A stretch of 64,000 nt of DNA from Mobula hypostoma (Eukaryota), in contig NC_086108.1 of the NCBI RefSeq assembly GCF_963921235.1, positions 115,570,001 to 115,634,000 on the forward strand, in the 5' to 3' direction. The translations under genes were made by a program, and so were the position numbers. The notes below the pieces were generated by a model that was given only the letters and a program-made list of their open reading frames with translations, was not told where the DNA came from and searched no databases. Below, one piece after another: positions 1-11,470 of the stretch; within the stretch, counting starts at the first letter, position 1; each line of letters opens with the position of its first letter.

Positions 1-645
1 GTGACATGGTGGGGGTGAGAGTGATGGGATGGGGGTGACAGGGTGATGGGATGGGTGACAGGGTAACTGTGCGGTGATAGGGTGGAGTAATGGTGTTTTA
101 GGGGTGACAGGGTGGGGGTGATGGGATGGGGTGACAGGGTGAGGGTGGGGGTGATGAGATGGGGTGACAAGGTAACTGTGTAGTGATAGGGTGGGGTAAT
201 GGTGTTATAGGGGTGAGGGGTGGAGGTAACACGATTCAGGGTGGGGGTGAGAGTGATGGGAGGGGGTGACAGGGTGAGAGTGATGGGATGGGGGTGACAG
301 GGTGACGGGATGGGATGGGGGTGACAGGGTAACTGTGCGGTGATAGGGTGGAATAATGGTGTTTTAGGGGTGACAGGGTGAGGGTGGGGGTGATGGGATG
401 GGGTGACAGGGTGGGAGTGACAAGGTAACTGTGTGGTGATAGGGTGGGGTAATGGTGTTATAGGGGTGAGGGGGTGGAGGTAACACGATTCAGGGTGACA
501 GGGTGGGGGTAAGAGTGATGGGAGGGGGTGATAGGGTGAGAGTGATGGGATGGGGGTGACAGGGTAACTGTGTGGTGATAGGGTGGGGTAATGGTGTTTT
601 AGGGGTGACAGGGTGGAGGTAACACGATTCAGGGTGACAGGGAGG
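1..645. repeat. G-rich complex minisatellite (GGGTGACA/GGGGTGA motifs with a recurring ~55-nt block)
   Basis: Block GGTAACTGTGYRGTGATAGGGTGGRRTAATGGTGTTWTAGGGGTGA recurs at ~62, ~171, ~328, ~424 and ~562, separated by GGGATGGGGGTGACA units. Strongly G-skewed on +. Confidence 0.9.
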
Positions 646-997
646 AGTTAAGTGCTGTGGTATATTGACCATTCTCCTGAGTTGCTCCCTGTCCCAGTCC
701 CATCTCCTTGATGGCTGGGGATGGGAGTGAGGGGTGAAGATGATAGGTAGGTGACAGTGTAGGTTGACGCTGTTCCTGTCTCTCAGTCCATCTCGCTGAT
801 GCTGTCACTCCCTCCCTGCACAGGCAGTACTGCTGGGTGGGGATTGAGGGTGATGGGGTACAGCTTCACTCTTCATCTCACCTCCTCCCTGCACACAAAT
901 TTCCAGTGCCCGGGAATCCGGGAGCTCACAGTGTAATATTGAAGGTGGGAAATAAACGGATTATCCGTGAGTTTATTGGTTTATTGCAACCTGGCGC

Positions 998-1011
998 GTC
1001 ACCATGGAAAC
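998..1011. promoter_or_regulatory. Candidate RFX X-box in a CpG-containing unique patch
   Basis: GTCACCATGGAAAC is a near-palindromic match to the RFX X-box (GTYNCC-AT-GGNAAC). Flanks 880-1110 are non-repetitive and retain many CpGs. Confidence 0.4.
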
Positions 1012-1115
1012 AACACTGAGACACAGTGAAGACATAATGTGCCTCTAAATCGATCAGAGCGGATGAACATTGACGAGTCGAGGAGTTTGTTTACGAAAAG
1101 TGCTTCAGCTCAGGA

Positions 1116-1340
1116 GGCCTTTCGCTCCATCGGGCTGGGTTGGCCATTCGATACATTGGGCTTCTGCTGATGCGAACCCAGTTCTGTCAGGCTGCTGTTG
1201 GCCTATCGATCCACCAGGCCAGTCCTGTCCCTTCATTCCATCAGGCTGCTGCTTGCCCTTCGATCCATCAGCCTGGTGCTGGCCCTTCAATCCATCAACC
1301 TTGTGCTGGCCTTTCGATCCATTGGCCCAGTACTGCCCTT
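1116..1340. repeat. Diverged 27-bp minisatellite (~8 units)
   Basis: Units such as TGGCCCTTCAATCCATCAACCTTGTGC / TTGCCCTTCGATCCATCAGCCTGGTGC. 9-aa periodicity in ORFs 1070..1342 and 1105..1380. Confidence 0.85.
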
Positions 1341-1677
1341 GAAAAGAGTCTGTCTTTAAGAACTCATTAAGCATGAGCACTTAACAGGCCATTCACCCCT
1401 GTGATCACACTTTTTGTATTTTAATGCTGGTCCCTGTGCTCCTGACGTTTTACCCGATCCGTAAACAACCACGTGAGTTGTGAGAGGGTCCTGTAGAGAC
1501 CAGTACAAACATCACCACATGCTCTGAGATACCCCAGAAATGAGCAGCCCAATAGAGAGGGAGATAGACTTCTCCGGGGCAGAAGCAGTCACTTGGGTAG
1601 GGACTACTCAGAATGGGGGAGACTGGATCTGGCCCTGGTTAACAGCAAGCAATGTGTGGCAGGAAAACACATCCTCA

Positions 1678-1805
1678 ACAGAAGAGATTCTGCAGATGCT
1701 GGAGATCCAGAACAACATACACAAAATGCTGGAGGAACTCAGCAGGTCAGGCAGCAGCTATGCAGAGGAATAGGGAGTCGATACTCCAAGCTGAGACCTT
1801 TCTCA
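1678..1805 (-). mobile_element. Penelope-like element pLTR fragment
   Basis: GAGATTCTGCAGATGCTGG...ACAAAATGCTGGAGGAACTCAGCAGGTCAGGCAGCA, the same terminal module that is attached to GIY-YIG coding remnants at 5790 and 22400. Confidence 0.7.
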
Positions 1806-1835
1806 TTTGATGGCCCTGGACCTGTTCTCGTTGGG

Positions 1836-2210
1836 CTTTAGAAGAATGGGGGGGGGGGATCTCATCGAAACCTATTCAATATCAAAAGGCCTAAATAGAG
1901 TGGATGTGGAGAAGATACTTCCTATAGAGGGGGAAGTCTAGGACCAGAGGGCACAGACTCAGAATAGAGAGACATCCTTTAGAACAGAGATGAGGAGGAA
2001 TTTCTTTAGCCAGAGAGTGGTGTATCTGTGGAATTCAATGCCACAGGCAGCTGTGGAGGCCAAGTCATTGGGTGTATTTAAAATGGAGGTTGATAGATTC
2101 TTGATTAGTCAGGGTGTCAAAGGTTATGGGGAGAATAGGTCAGCCACAATGGAGTGGCAGAGTAGAGTTGATGGGTCGAATGCCTAATTCTGCTTCTATG
2201 TCTTATGACA
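1836..2210 (+). mobile_element. CR1 LINE 3' fragment
   Basis: ORF2 C-terminus RRNFFSQRVVYLWNSMPQAAVEA...VDRFL followed by a CR1-type 3' UTR. Confidence 0.85.
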
Positions 2211-3389
2211 GGAAAGGAAGGGGGACAGAAGCCAAAATAAGAAGGTGGGGAGGAGGGGAAAGAGTACACACAGGAAAGTGATAGGTGAGAACAGGCGAGA
2301 GGGGAGGTGGGTGGGTTGAGGAGGGGAAACTTGTATATGAGGCTTTAATGTGCAGACACGTCCCTATCCATGCATCAGCCCAAGGGAGATGAGGGAAGTG
2401 AAGTCAGAGATCCCTGGATGAGCAGAGAGTGAATCAAGCAGAGGGAAAGAGCAGCAAACAGATGCCAGTTTGTCAACACAAGTGAGATGCAGCCTGATCA
2501 CAGAGCGTTCGAGGGAACGCAAAGGAAATGAGAGCGGCCAAGTGACACAAGAGGAAGAGCACCTCAACAGAGATGCTGAAACCTGGATGCACCATCTGCC
2601 CTGATGAAGGGGTTCCAGCCGAAACAGTGGCAAGCCCACTCCTCCCATCATCACTCCTTCACCTGCCAAGTTCCTCCGGCAGACTGTAACACTGGATAGT
2701 TTACAACCCCACCCAGTACAACTGTCAATTCTCCTGTCAGAGGTAAAGCCCTCCCCCTCTTTTCCATCTCTGCTCTCCTGATCTCCACAGTTCCTCCTCC
2801 ACCATCCCCAGTTTCTTTCTCTTCCCCCACCCAGTTAAAAGGTCAGCACTACGTTGTAGACAAAGAGCCAGTACTGTGCTGTACTGTTCCATGTCGTGCC
2901 AACCTTTTAACCTATTCCAAGATCAATCAGACCCTTCTCTCCCACGTAACACTGAGTGTTTCTAAAATTCATTGACCTATCTCAGTCCGGTTCGGATCCT
3001 GCAACCTGCCGATGGGTGGCAGGGGCACTTTCACATGTCTTGGGCCTGTGAGGCCTGGCACCGCCACCATGCTCCAGGCCAGACCAGAGCTGATGTCCTC
3101 CAACCCGGTGGCTCGCTCTGGTCTTGAACACGTGGCCGTTGTAGTTCTTTGGGGAACTCATCTGCCCTGGCCGGTCACTTCATTGATGAGGTCCTTTGCC
3201 CAGTGGTACCACGTTAACTCCACCACCTCACGTCGTTAGCCTGCCAGCTGAAGCCGAGAGCCACTTGGAGGAAGATGTGAGAGATTTAGCAGATGGACGA
3301 GGAACAGTGATATCCATCCTCCCTTCGAGGTAAAGTGCAGCTGCCAGACATCAAAGGTGCTGCCTCTATCCAGAGCCCCCACACCTTAT

Positions 3390-3790
3390 CTAAGAGTCTT
3401 TTTAATGCTCCTACCACCCTCACCCTGGCAGGGCACTCCACGCACCCGTCGCTCTCTGTGTAAAAGAAGGACCGTTGACATTCATCCTAATACTTCCCTC
3501 CAGTCACCCTAAAGTTATGCCTCTTGTATTAGCCATTTCTGTCCTGGGAAAAAGTCTCTGGCTAAAGTCCACTCTATCTATGCCTCTTATCATCTTGTAC
3601 ACCCCTATCACATCACCTCTCATCCTCCTTCACTCCAGAGAGAAAAGCCCCACTTGCTCAACCTCTCCTCATAAGACATACTCTCTAATCCAGACAGCAT
3701 CCTAATAAATCACCTCTGCGCCCCCTCTAAAGCTTCCACATCCTTCCTATAATGAGGCAACCAAAAATGAATGTAATACTCCAATTACAT
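3390..3790 (-). mobile_element. CR1 LINE 3' fragment (decayed)
   Basis: Reverse complement encodes the YRKDVEALE...RRMRGDVIGVYKMIRGIDRVD-type ORF2 C-terminus. Confidence 0.75.
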
Positions 3791-4327
3791 AGGGTTTGTG
3801 GTCACAACATTTTTCCTGTGGTACAGGGCATCAAAAACAAGAGGGCACAGGTATATGATAAGAGGAAGGAGTTTTGAAGGATAAAATTTGCTCACAGAGG
3901 GAGGGTGATATCAGGAACGCACGGCAAGAGGAGGATGTGGAGTCAGATACAGACAACACACACAAAATGCTGGAGGAACTCAGCAGGCCAGGCAGCACCT
4001 ATGGAAAAGAGTACAGTCGATGTTTCAGCCGCAACCTATCAGCAGATCTGATACAGTCTCTGTGTTTCAGGCACTTAGACAGACATACAAGTAGACAAGG
4101 CTTGAAAGGACACGGTCCTACTGGGGCAAAGTGTTGCTTACTGAAGTACCCACGGACATGACTGTCGATTTAAGATGTAGCAGGATATTTAACAATTCCC
4201 TTTGGAGCTGTAAGCAAGGAGTTGTCACTTTCCGGCATTGTCTTGAAAGGTGATTCCTCAGAAAGGGGGCATCCATCTTTAAAGACCCCCACCACCCAGG
4301 ACATGCCCTCTTCTCATTGCTACCATC

Positions 4328-5270
4328 TATGGAAATGAATAAATAGTTGATGGTTCAACAGAGACCCTTCATCAGGACTGAAAGAGAAGGGGGAAGATGC
4401 CAGAATAAAGAAGGTGGGGGGGGGGTCAGGACCTCAGGGTGGAGGAGCAACACCTTATATTCCATCTGGGTAGCTTCCAACCTGATAGTGCTGCAAGGAC
4501 GTGGCGGTGGTAGGAAACCCAAGTGCTGAACACAGGCGTGGAGGCTGAGTCGGGAGGCGTTATGGTCATAGCGAGCGTGGAATTGGTGTCCAGGGAATGT
4601 CTTTAGCTGAAGTCTTGGTTTTAGTAGAGAATTCAGGAATGATGCTAGATTTAGAACTGATAGTCCTAAGAACCATGGAACGAGGTTACTCATACACAAG
4701 CCAACCAACAAACTGGCAGCTCCTTGTTGTGATCACAGGGTCTTTATCATGCAGCTTCTGATGGGAAGCAGGTGTGTGTAGTTAGTGGAACCTGGGAATG
4801 ATTGGAAATTAAATGAGGTGACTGAGGCCCAATTCCTGAGGTAAATGGCATGGTGGGGGATTGCCAGAAGGGACCATGACAGATAGCATGAACATCGATT
4901 TCTCCTTCCAATAAAAAAAAATCTCTCCACCTCACTTCTTCTATTCCCCAATCTGGCTTTTTACCTCTTCTCAGCTGCCCATCACCTCAGCCTGGGTCCC
5001 CTCCTCCTTCCCTTTCTCCTATGGTCCACTCTCCTCACGTATCAGCATCATTCCTCGCCAGCCCTTTATCTTCCCCACCCAGCTGGCTTCACCTGTCACC
5101 TTCTAACTTGTCTCTCTTCCCCTCCCCTCCCCTCCCACCTTTTTATTCTGGCACCTTCCCCATTCCTTCTCAGTCCTGAAGAAGGGTCTTGGCCCTAAAC
5201 ATCGATGGTTCATTTATTTCCGTCGATGCTTCCTGACCTACAGAGTTTCTGCAGTGTTTGGTGTCTGCCA
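4328..5270 (+). mobile_element. Penelope-like element: GIY-YIG C-terminus plus pLTR, with an inverted pLTR piece at the 5' end
   Basis: EEQHLIFHLGSFQPD|SMNIDF (split by a solo LTR), then a pyrimidine-rich pLTR to ~5270. 4328-4425 is the reverse complement of ~5130-5225. Confidence 0.75.
4489..4881 (-). mobile_element. Solo LTR with 5-bp TSD
   Basis: Minus strand starts TGTCATGGTCC and ends ...GCA. Flanked by GATAG at 4484-4488 and 4882-4886. Removing it restores the Penelope frame. Confidence 0.8.
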
Positions 5271-5789
5271 TTCTTTTTATAGATATAGATAGATAGGTAG
5301 ACATAACTTATTTCTTATTGTGATCGATGGTATTATCATGAATTACAATGCACTGCTGTTGTGAAACAACACATTTCACAATGCATGCCAGTGATATTAA
5401 ACCTGACTCTGATGGGATAAGCGTAGACAGGCATAAAGGTCGGCATGGAGATTGTGGGCTGAAGGGCCTGTTTCTGTGCTGTACAACTCTGTGACAGCAA
5501 ATATCACACCCTTGTTCAGAAAAAAAGTGTGGTGTGATAAAGCCAGTAACTTCAGACTTGTCAGTTTAATCTTGGCAGTGCAGAGTCTACTAGAAAAACA
5601 TCAGTGACAAGATGCACTTATTGGGCAGGCTTCATTGCTAGTGAAAGGCTGCCGATGTGCGTTAAAGGAACAGCGAGGTCAGCGAGGAAAATGCAGATAA
5701 GGTGGTAAATCAGGAGGTGATGAGGTGTCAGCAAGGGTGGCAACGGCGTAGATGGAAAACTGGCCGAGTTACAGGAAAGACGTGAAAGG

Positions 5790-6500
5790 CATAGCATGCA
5801 CAAAATGCTGGAGCAACATAAGCAGGTCAGGCAGTATCTAGGGAGGGAATAACATGTCGATGTTTCAGGCCGAGACCCTTCCTCAGAACTGGAAAGGAAG
5901 GGGGAAGAAGCCAGAATAAGAAAGTGGGGGTATAGGAAGGAGGGCAAGCTGGCAAGCCTGGTAAGGTAGGTAGGTGGGGAGGGGGGAAACATTAAGAAGC
6001 TGGAAAGAGATAGGTAGGATAGGTAAAGGGCTAAAGAAGTAAAAAATCTAGAAGAAGAGGAGACTGGACCATGGGAGAAAGGGAAGAAGGTGGGGAACCA
6101 GAGAGAGGTGATGGGTTGGTGAGGAGAAGAGACGGGGTGACAAGGAGCCCTTCGTGGATAATGGAAAAGAGAGAAGCGGGAGGGGGGAGAAATTATCAGA
6201 AGTCGATGTTCATGCCATCAGGTTGGAGGCTACCCAGAAGGAATATGAGGTCTTGCTCCACCACCCTGAGTTTAACATTGCAGTAGAGGAGGCCATGGAT
6301 TGACTTGTCGGACTGGGAATGAATTGAAATGAGAGACCTCCGGGAAAAGCTGCTTTTTACAGTGGACTTAAGGCTGGTGCTTGATGAAGCAATTCTCCCA
6401 ATCTACATTGGAGCTCCCCAGGCTAGAGGAGGCCACACTGGGACCAGCAGCTACAGAAGATGACCCTGATAGACTCGCAGGTGAAGTTTTGCCTCTCCTG
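5790..6500 (-). mobile_element. Penelope-like element 3' part (decayed GIY-YIG endonuclease plus pLTR)
   Basis: Minus strand gives ...LIFLLGSLQPDGMNIDF followed by the pLTR carrying a CTGAGGA...GAAAC motif. Confidence 0.8.
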
Positions 6501-6669
6501 GACAGATCCTACTTCAAGGCACATCTTTATCTTCTTCTTCCACTTTCCATCGGGGTTGTGTTTTATGTATCTTGTTCAAGATTTGCAGAATCTCCTGTGG
6601 TTAGGAAGGAGAGGTCACAGTCAATGCAGGATGGAGGATCACGTGGATGTGAGTGGTCATCCAGGGCAT

Positions 6670-6978
6670 GGTGATGAGACAGTGAGGAGTGACCTTGCTC
6701 AAAGGAACAGAGGGATATCTCCACGGTGATGGGACAGTGAGGAGTGACCTTGCTCAAAGGAACAGAGGGATATCTCCACGGTGATGGGACAGTGAGGAGT
6801 GACCTTGATCAAAGGAACAGAGGGATATCTCCACGGTGATGGGACAGTGAGGAGTGACCTTGATCAAAGGAACAGAGGGCTGTCTCCACGGTGATGGGAC
6901 AGTGAGGAGTGACTTTGATCAAAGGAACAGAGGGCTGTCTCCACGATGATGGGACAGTGAGGAGTGACCTTGATCAAA
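6670..6978. repeat. 55-bp minisatellite, ~5.6 copies
   Basis: GGTGATGGGACAGTGAGGAGTGACCTTGMTCAAAGGAACAGAGGGMTRTCTCCAC starting at 6670, 6725, 6780, 6835, 6890 and 6945. Confidence 0.95.
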
Positions 6979-7039
6979 ACGAGAAGCACTTGAGGGCTGT
7001 CTCACAGTACAGGTGTCAGAATTCTCACTGGGTTGTGAC

Positions 7040-7400
7040 CCTATGAAGGTTTATAAAATTACGAGGGCACAGATAGTGTCGATAATCACAATCTACTCAT
7101 GCAGTGGAGGGATCTAAGATTTGAGGGCACAGATTTAAGGTGAGAGGGAGAAAAGTAAGGGGACCCGAGGGTCAACTTTTTCACACAGAGGATGGTAAGT
7201 ATACAGAACAAGCTGCCAAAGGATGAGGATGAGGAAGGTGCTTTTACAATGTTTACAAGGAACTTGATTAGGCAGATGGACCGGAGAGGTTCAGAGGGAA
7301 ATAGACCAAATGTAGGCAAATGGGAATAACTAACACTGGCACCATGGTCAGAGTGGGCTTGGTCAGCTGAATGGCCTGTTTTGTGCTATACCGTTCTATG
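7040..7400 (+). mobile_element. CR1 LINE 3' end (old)
   Basis: EGYKITRA-DSVD...GHRFKVRG...NFFTQRMV-like decayed C-terminus and a GCTGAATGGCCTG 3' hairpin. Confidence 0.75.
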
Positions 7401-7610
7401 GGAGATGGGATAGTCACAGAATCCCAGGCTGAATGGCCTGTTTTCTATTATACAATTCCATGGGACACTGGGATAGTCACAGAATCCCAGGCTGAATGGC
7501 CTGTTTTCTATTATATAATTCCATAGGAGACTGGGATAGTCGCAGTATCCCAGGCTGAATGACCTGTTTGTGCTATACAATTCCATAGGAGAGTGGGATA
7601 GTCAGAATCA
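7365..7610. repeat. 63-bp minisatellite (~4 copies) containing the CR1 3' terminus
   Basis: Unit GGCTGAATGGCCTGTTTTCTATTATACAATTCCATGGGACACTGGGATAGTCACAGAATCCCA. The first copy is the actual tail of the CR1 at 7040-7400. Confidence 0.9.
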
Positions 7611-8476
7611 TGGAGTGTAAGCAGACAAACTGTCAGAACTGCGGTGGATTGAAATGTCTTCTCTGGAATTTTCTGCCTCCTTTGGGGGCTGGTGGAGTCT
7701 GACTCATTGGAAATATTGAAGGTGAAGACTGGGGACTTCAGGGATTGGAGAGATGGCACAGTACAGACCCTACGGAACAAGCTGCTCACAGAAATGGAGG
7801 CAGATTCAATTGCAGTATGTAAGAGAGGTTTGGATTGATATGGAAGGCTGTGGTCCGGGTGTGGGTCAACAGGACGAAACAGAATAACAGGTTGGCATGG
7901 ACTAGATGGGCCAATGGCTAGCTTCTGTGTGTGGAGTTCCATGACTCTCAGAGGGACCGAGGGCAGAATAGATCAGCCATAATGGCGCAGTCTAGAGAAG
8001 CCTCGTTTCCTTGGGATTTATGTTGGAGTCGCTCTGTCTCTGTACTCAAATGTGGGGCAATTTTACACTGGACTTTCTCCAGATCAGATATGGACTGTTT
8101 CCTTCCTGGTCACACATCAGTGATTTGCCTTTGGGCGTGCAGACAGATAGACACAAAGTTTCAGCGTACGTATGTTATCAAACTATATATGCAGTATGTA
8201 ACCCTGACATTTGTCTTCCCCATAGACAGCCACAAAACAACGAACCTGTTCAAAGAAAATCATCAGTCCCAACCCTGAAATACAAAAAAACACAAACTGC
8301 TCAAACAGAAAAAAACAAGCAAAACCCACAGAATATAAAACACAAAACTGAAAGAGTTCAGGAATATTCAGTTCGTAAGCTACAGGCCACCTCGATTCTA
8401 AAGTCGCCCAAGAATAGGAGTGACTCGAAACCAGAAAAACATCATAACGTGAACTGCAGAGTCCTTTTTTTTTGGC

Positions 8477-9039
8477 TTGTGCGTGTGTGTGTGTGGTGTG
8501 TGTGTGGTGTGTGTGTGTGTGTGTCTGTGTGTGTGTGGTGTGTGTGTGTGTGTCTGTGTGTGTGTGTATGTCTGTGTGTGTGTATGTGTGTGTGTGTGTG
8601 TGTGTGTGCGTGTGTGTGCGCGTGTGTGTGTGTGTGTGCATGTGTGCGTGTGTGTGCGTGTGTGTGCGTGTGTGTGTGTGTGTGTGTGCGTGTGTGTGTG
8701 TGCGTGTGTGCGTGTGTGCGTGTGTGTGTGTGTGTGGTGTGTGTGTGCGTGTGTGTGTATGTCTGTGTGTGTGTGTGTGTGTATGTGTGTGTGTGTGTAT
8801 GTCTGTGTGTGTGTGTGTGTGCATGTGTGCGTGTGTGTGTGTGCATGTGTGTGTGTGTGTGTGGTGTGTGTGTGTGTGTCTGTGTGTGTGTATGTCTGTG
8901 TGTGTGTGTATGTGTGTGTGTGCGTGTGTATGTCTGTGTGTGTGTGTGGTGTGTGTGTGTGTGTGTATATCTGTGTGTGTGTGTGTGTGCGTGTGTGTGT
9001 GCGTGTGTGTGTGTATGTCTGTGTGTGTGTGTGTGTGCG

Positions 9040-9085
<46 letters not shown>

Positions 9086-9289
9086 GGTGTGTGTGTGTGT
9101 GTGTCTGTGTGTGAGTGTGTGTGTGTGTGTGTGTGAGTGTGTGAGTGTGTGTGTGTGGTGTGTGTGTGGTGTGTGTGTGTGTGTGTCGGTGTGTGTGTGT
9201 GGTGTGTGTGTGTGTGTGTGTGTGTGTGAGAGTGTGTGTGTGTGTGTCGGTGTGTGTGTGTGTGTGTGTGTGGGTCGGTGTGTGTGTGT

Positions 9290-9330
<41 letters not shown>

Positions 9331-9436
9331 GTGTGTCTGTGTGTCTGTGTGTGAGTGTGTGCGTGTGTGTGTGTGTGTGTGTCGGTGTGTGAGTGTGTGT
9401 GTGTGTGTGTGGTGTGTGTGGTGTGTGTGTGTGTCG

Positions 9437-9478
<42 letters not shown>

Positions 9479-9514
9479 TGGGTGTCTGTGTGTGTGTGTG
9501 TGTGTGGTGTGTGT

Positions 9515-9554
<40 letters not shown>

Positions 9555-9582
9555 GTGTGTGTGGTGTGTGTGTGTGTGTGTG
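8477..9582. repeat. Interrupted (TG)n/(CA)n microsatellite, ~1.1 kb
   Basis: Direct inspection: TG dinucleotides with CG, TA, TC and GG interruptions. Confidence 0.99.
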
Positions 9583-9596
9583 TTGGTGGGACAATG

Positions 9597-9822
9597 TTTT
9601 AATGCCTTTACAAGGTGCGGAGTGAGAGAGATACTGTGTCACGTCACTCCTCACACAGACACTTAGCAGTATTTTTCCCTTTATTTTACGAGGTTGAGTT
9701 GCGATCTCGACACTCAACCCGGCACAGATGGAAAGCATATTCGGGAGTGGCCCCGACTGGATTCAAACCCAGAACCTTCGTTCTGGAGTCCGGCGCTGAT
9801 GTCATTGCGTCACCAGCCGGCC
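9597..9822 (-). mobile_element. tRNA-derived SINE
   Basis: Minus strand begins GGCCGGCTGGTGACGCAATG (A-box-like), with GGTTTGAATCC (B-box) ~30 nt downstream, then a non-tRNA body ending in an A-rich tail. Confidence 0.7.
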
Positions 9823-10824
9823 CTGAACTGCAGAATCTAATGCACAAACTGCAACAATTAAACTTTGCCCAAGATACAGGACTCTGGTACCATCCTCCGA
9901 CAGCATCGAGGGGACTTTCTTTAGAAGCAGCAAGTGAGAGGGAGAGAGAGACCATCACACACAGCCTCCTTCCTTGGGCAGCAGTGAGTGAGAGGCTGGT
10001 AGACAGTGCTGAACACTTGCTCACCACCCACACTCGCCTCGATAATTGCCTCAATTTTCCTTGGTGCTTTAATTGGCGAGATCAGCAAGAAATAGAGTCA
10101 ATCATGAGCTTGTGCCCTGCCTCCAGGCCTTTTGGCCTTAAGGCCACAGAGTTCAGCACGAAACCCCCTCAAAAACAGCAAAATGCCAGTTCATTCAATT
10201 GGTCCAAAAACGCACAATCAAAATATCGATCACAGCCTCCAATAGCAGAGTGAAAGAAAAAGAAGATGTAAATGATGTGAAAGTTGCCGTTCCATCTGGA
10301 GGACGTCACCCCTGGTTGCATTGTTCACTGGCACCATCTCTTCTGGATACTCACACCTACCAAATGCTGAAGGCCAAATGTTGAATATTTCTGGAGTGTA
10401 TCCCTATAAGTCCTTCAGTATGACTACTTGGAACTAGTTTGGTTCTGGTATCCACTGCTGAAGACTGACCTGGTCTTGATATACACTGCTGGGGATTTCT
10501 GTCCTCCCGATATCTACTTCTGGAGAAAGATTTTCTCCAGAAATAGAGGGCAATGTTACAAAAGTCATGAGGGATTTCAATATGCAGGGAGATTGGGAAG
10601 ATCAGGTTGGTGTTGGATTGCAAGAATGGGAATTTCCAGGGTGTCTAAGAGATGGCTTTTTAGAACAGCTTGTGGTCGAGTCTACTAAGGGATCAGCTAT
10701 TCTGGATTTGGTGTTGTGCAATGAACCAGAATTGATTCAAGAGCTTAAGGTTAAGAACCCTTGGGGGAAGGTGATCATAATATGATTGAATTCACTCTGA
10801 AATTTGAGAAGGAGAAGCTAAAGT

Positions 10825-11470
10825 TGCCTCACAGGTGGATAGGGTAGTTGAGAAAGCTTATGGGGTGTTAGCTTTCATAAGTCGAGGGATAGAGTTTAAG
10901 AGTCGCGAGGTAATGATGCAGCTCTATAAAACTCTGGTTAGGCCACACTTGGAGTACTGTGTCCATTTCTGGTCACCTCACTATAGGAAGGATGAGGAAG
11001 CATTGGAAAGGGTACAGGGGAGATTTACCAGGGTGCTGCCTGGTTTAGAGAGTATGCATTATGATCGGAGATTAAGGGAGCTAGGGCTTTACTCTTTGGA
11101 GAGAAGGAGGATGAGAGGAGACATGATAGAGGTGTACAAGATAATAAGAGGAATAGATAGAGTGGATAGCCAGCGCCTCTTCCCCAGGGCACCACTGCTC
11201 AATACAAGAGGACATGGGTTTAAGGTAAGGGGTGGGAAGTTCAAGGGGGATATTAGAGGAAGGTTTTTTACTCAGAGAGTGGTTGGTGCATGGAATGCAC
11301 TGCCTGAGTCAGTGGTGGAGGCAGATACATTCGTGAAGCTTAAGAGACTACTAGACAGGTATATGGAGGAATTTAAGTTGGGGGGTTATATGGGAGGCAG
11401 GGTTTGAGGGTCGGCACAACATTGTGGGCCGAAGGGCCTGTAATGTGCTGTACTATTCTATGTTCTATGT
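10825..11470 (+). mobile_element. Young 5'-truncated CR1 nested in the old CR1
   Basis: Uninterrupted 190-aa ORF2 C-terminus, GGGCCGAAGGGCC hairpin, (TTCTATG)n tail. TAAAGT duplicated at 10819-10824 and 11470-11475. Confidence 0.95.

Noticed and set aside
927..1060. Two CACAGTG heptamers (possible RSS)
   Set aside because: No ACAAAAACC-like nonamer at 12 or 23 bp from either.
6513..6595. Apparent terminal exon on minus (good acceptor; EILQILNKIHKTQPRWKVEEEDKDVP*)
   Set aside because: Its start GAGATTCTGCAAATCTTGAACAA resembles the Penelope terminal module (GAGATTCTGCAGATGCTGGAAATC...) seen repeatedly here, and it does not match the TNNI3K C-terminus.
8011..9738. Cys/Val- and His/Thr-rich ORFs
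   Set aside because: Translation of the (TG)n microsatellite.
9750..9822. tRNA gene
   Set aside because: A/B boxes are present, but the cloverleaf is imperfect and it runs into a SINE-like body and tail; treated as a SINE.
9615..10253. 212-aa ORF
   Set aside because: Starts inside an antisense SINE and has no recognisable domain or splice support.
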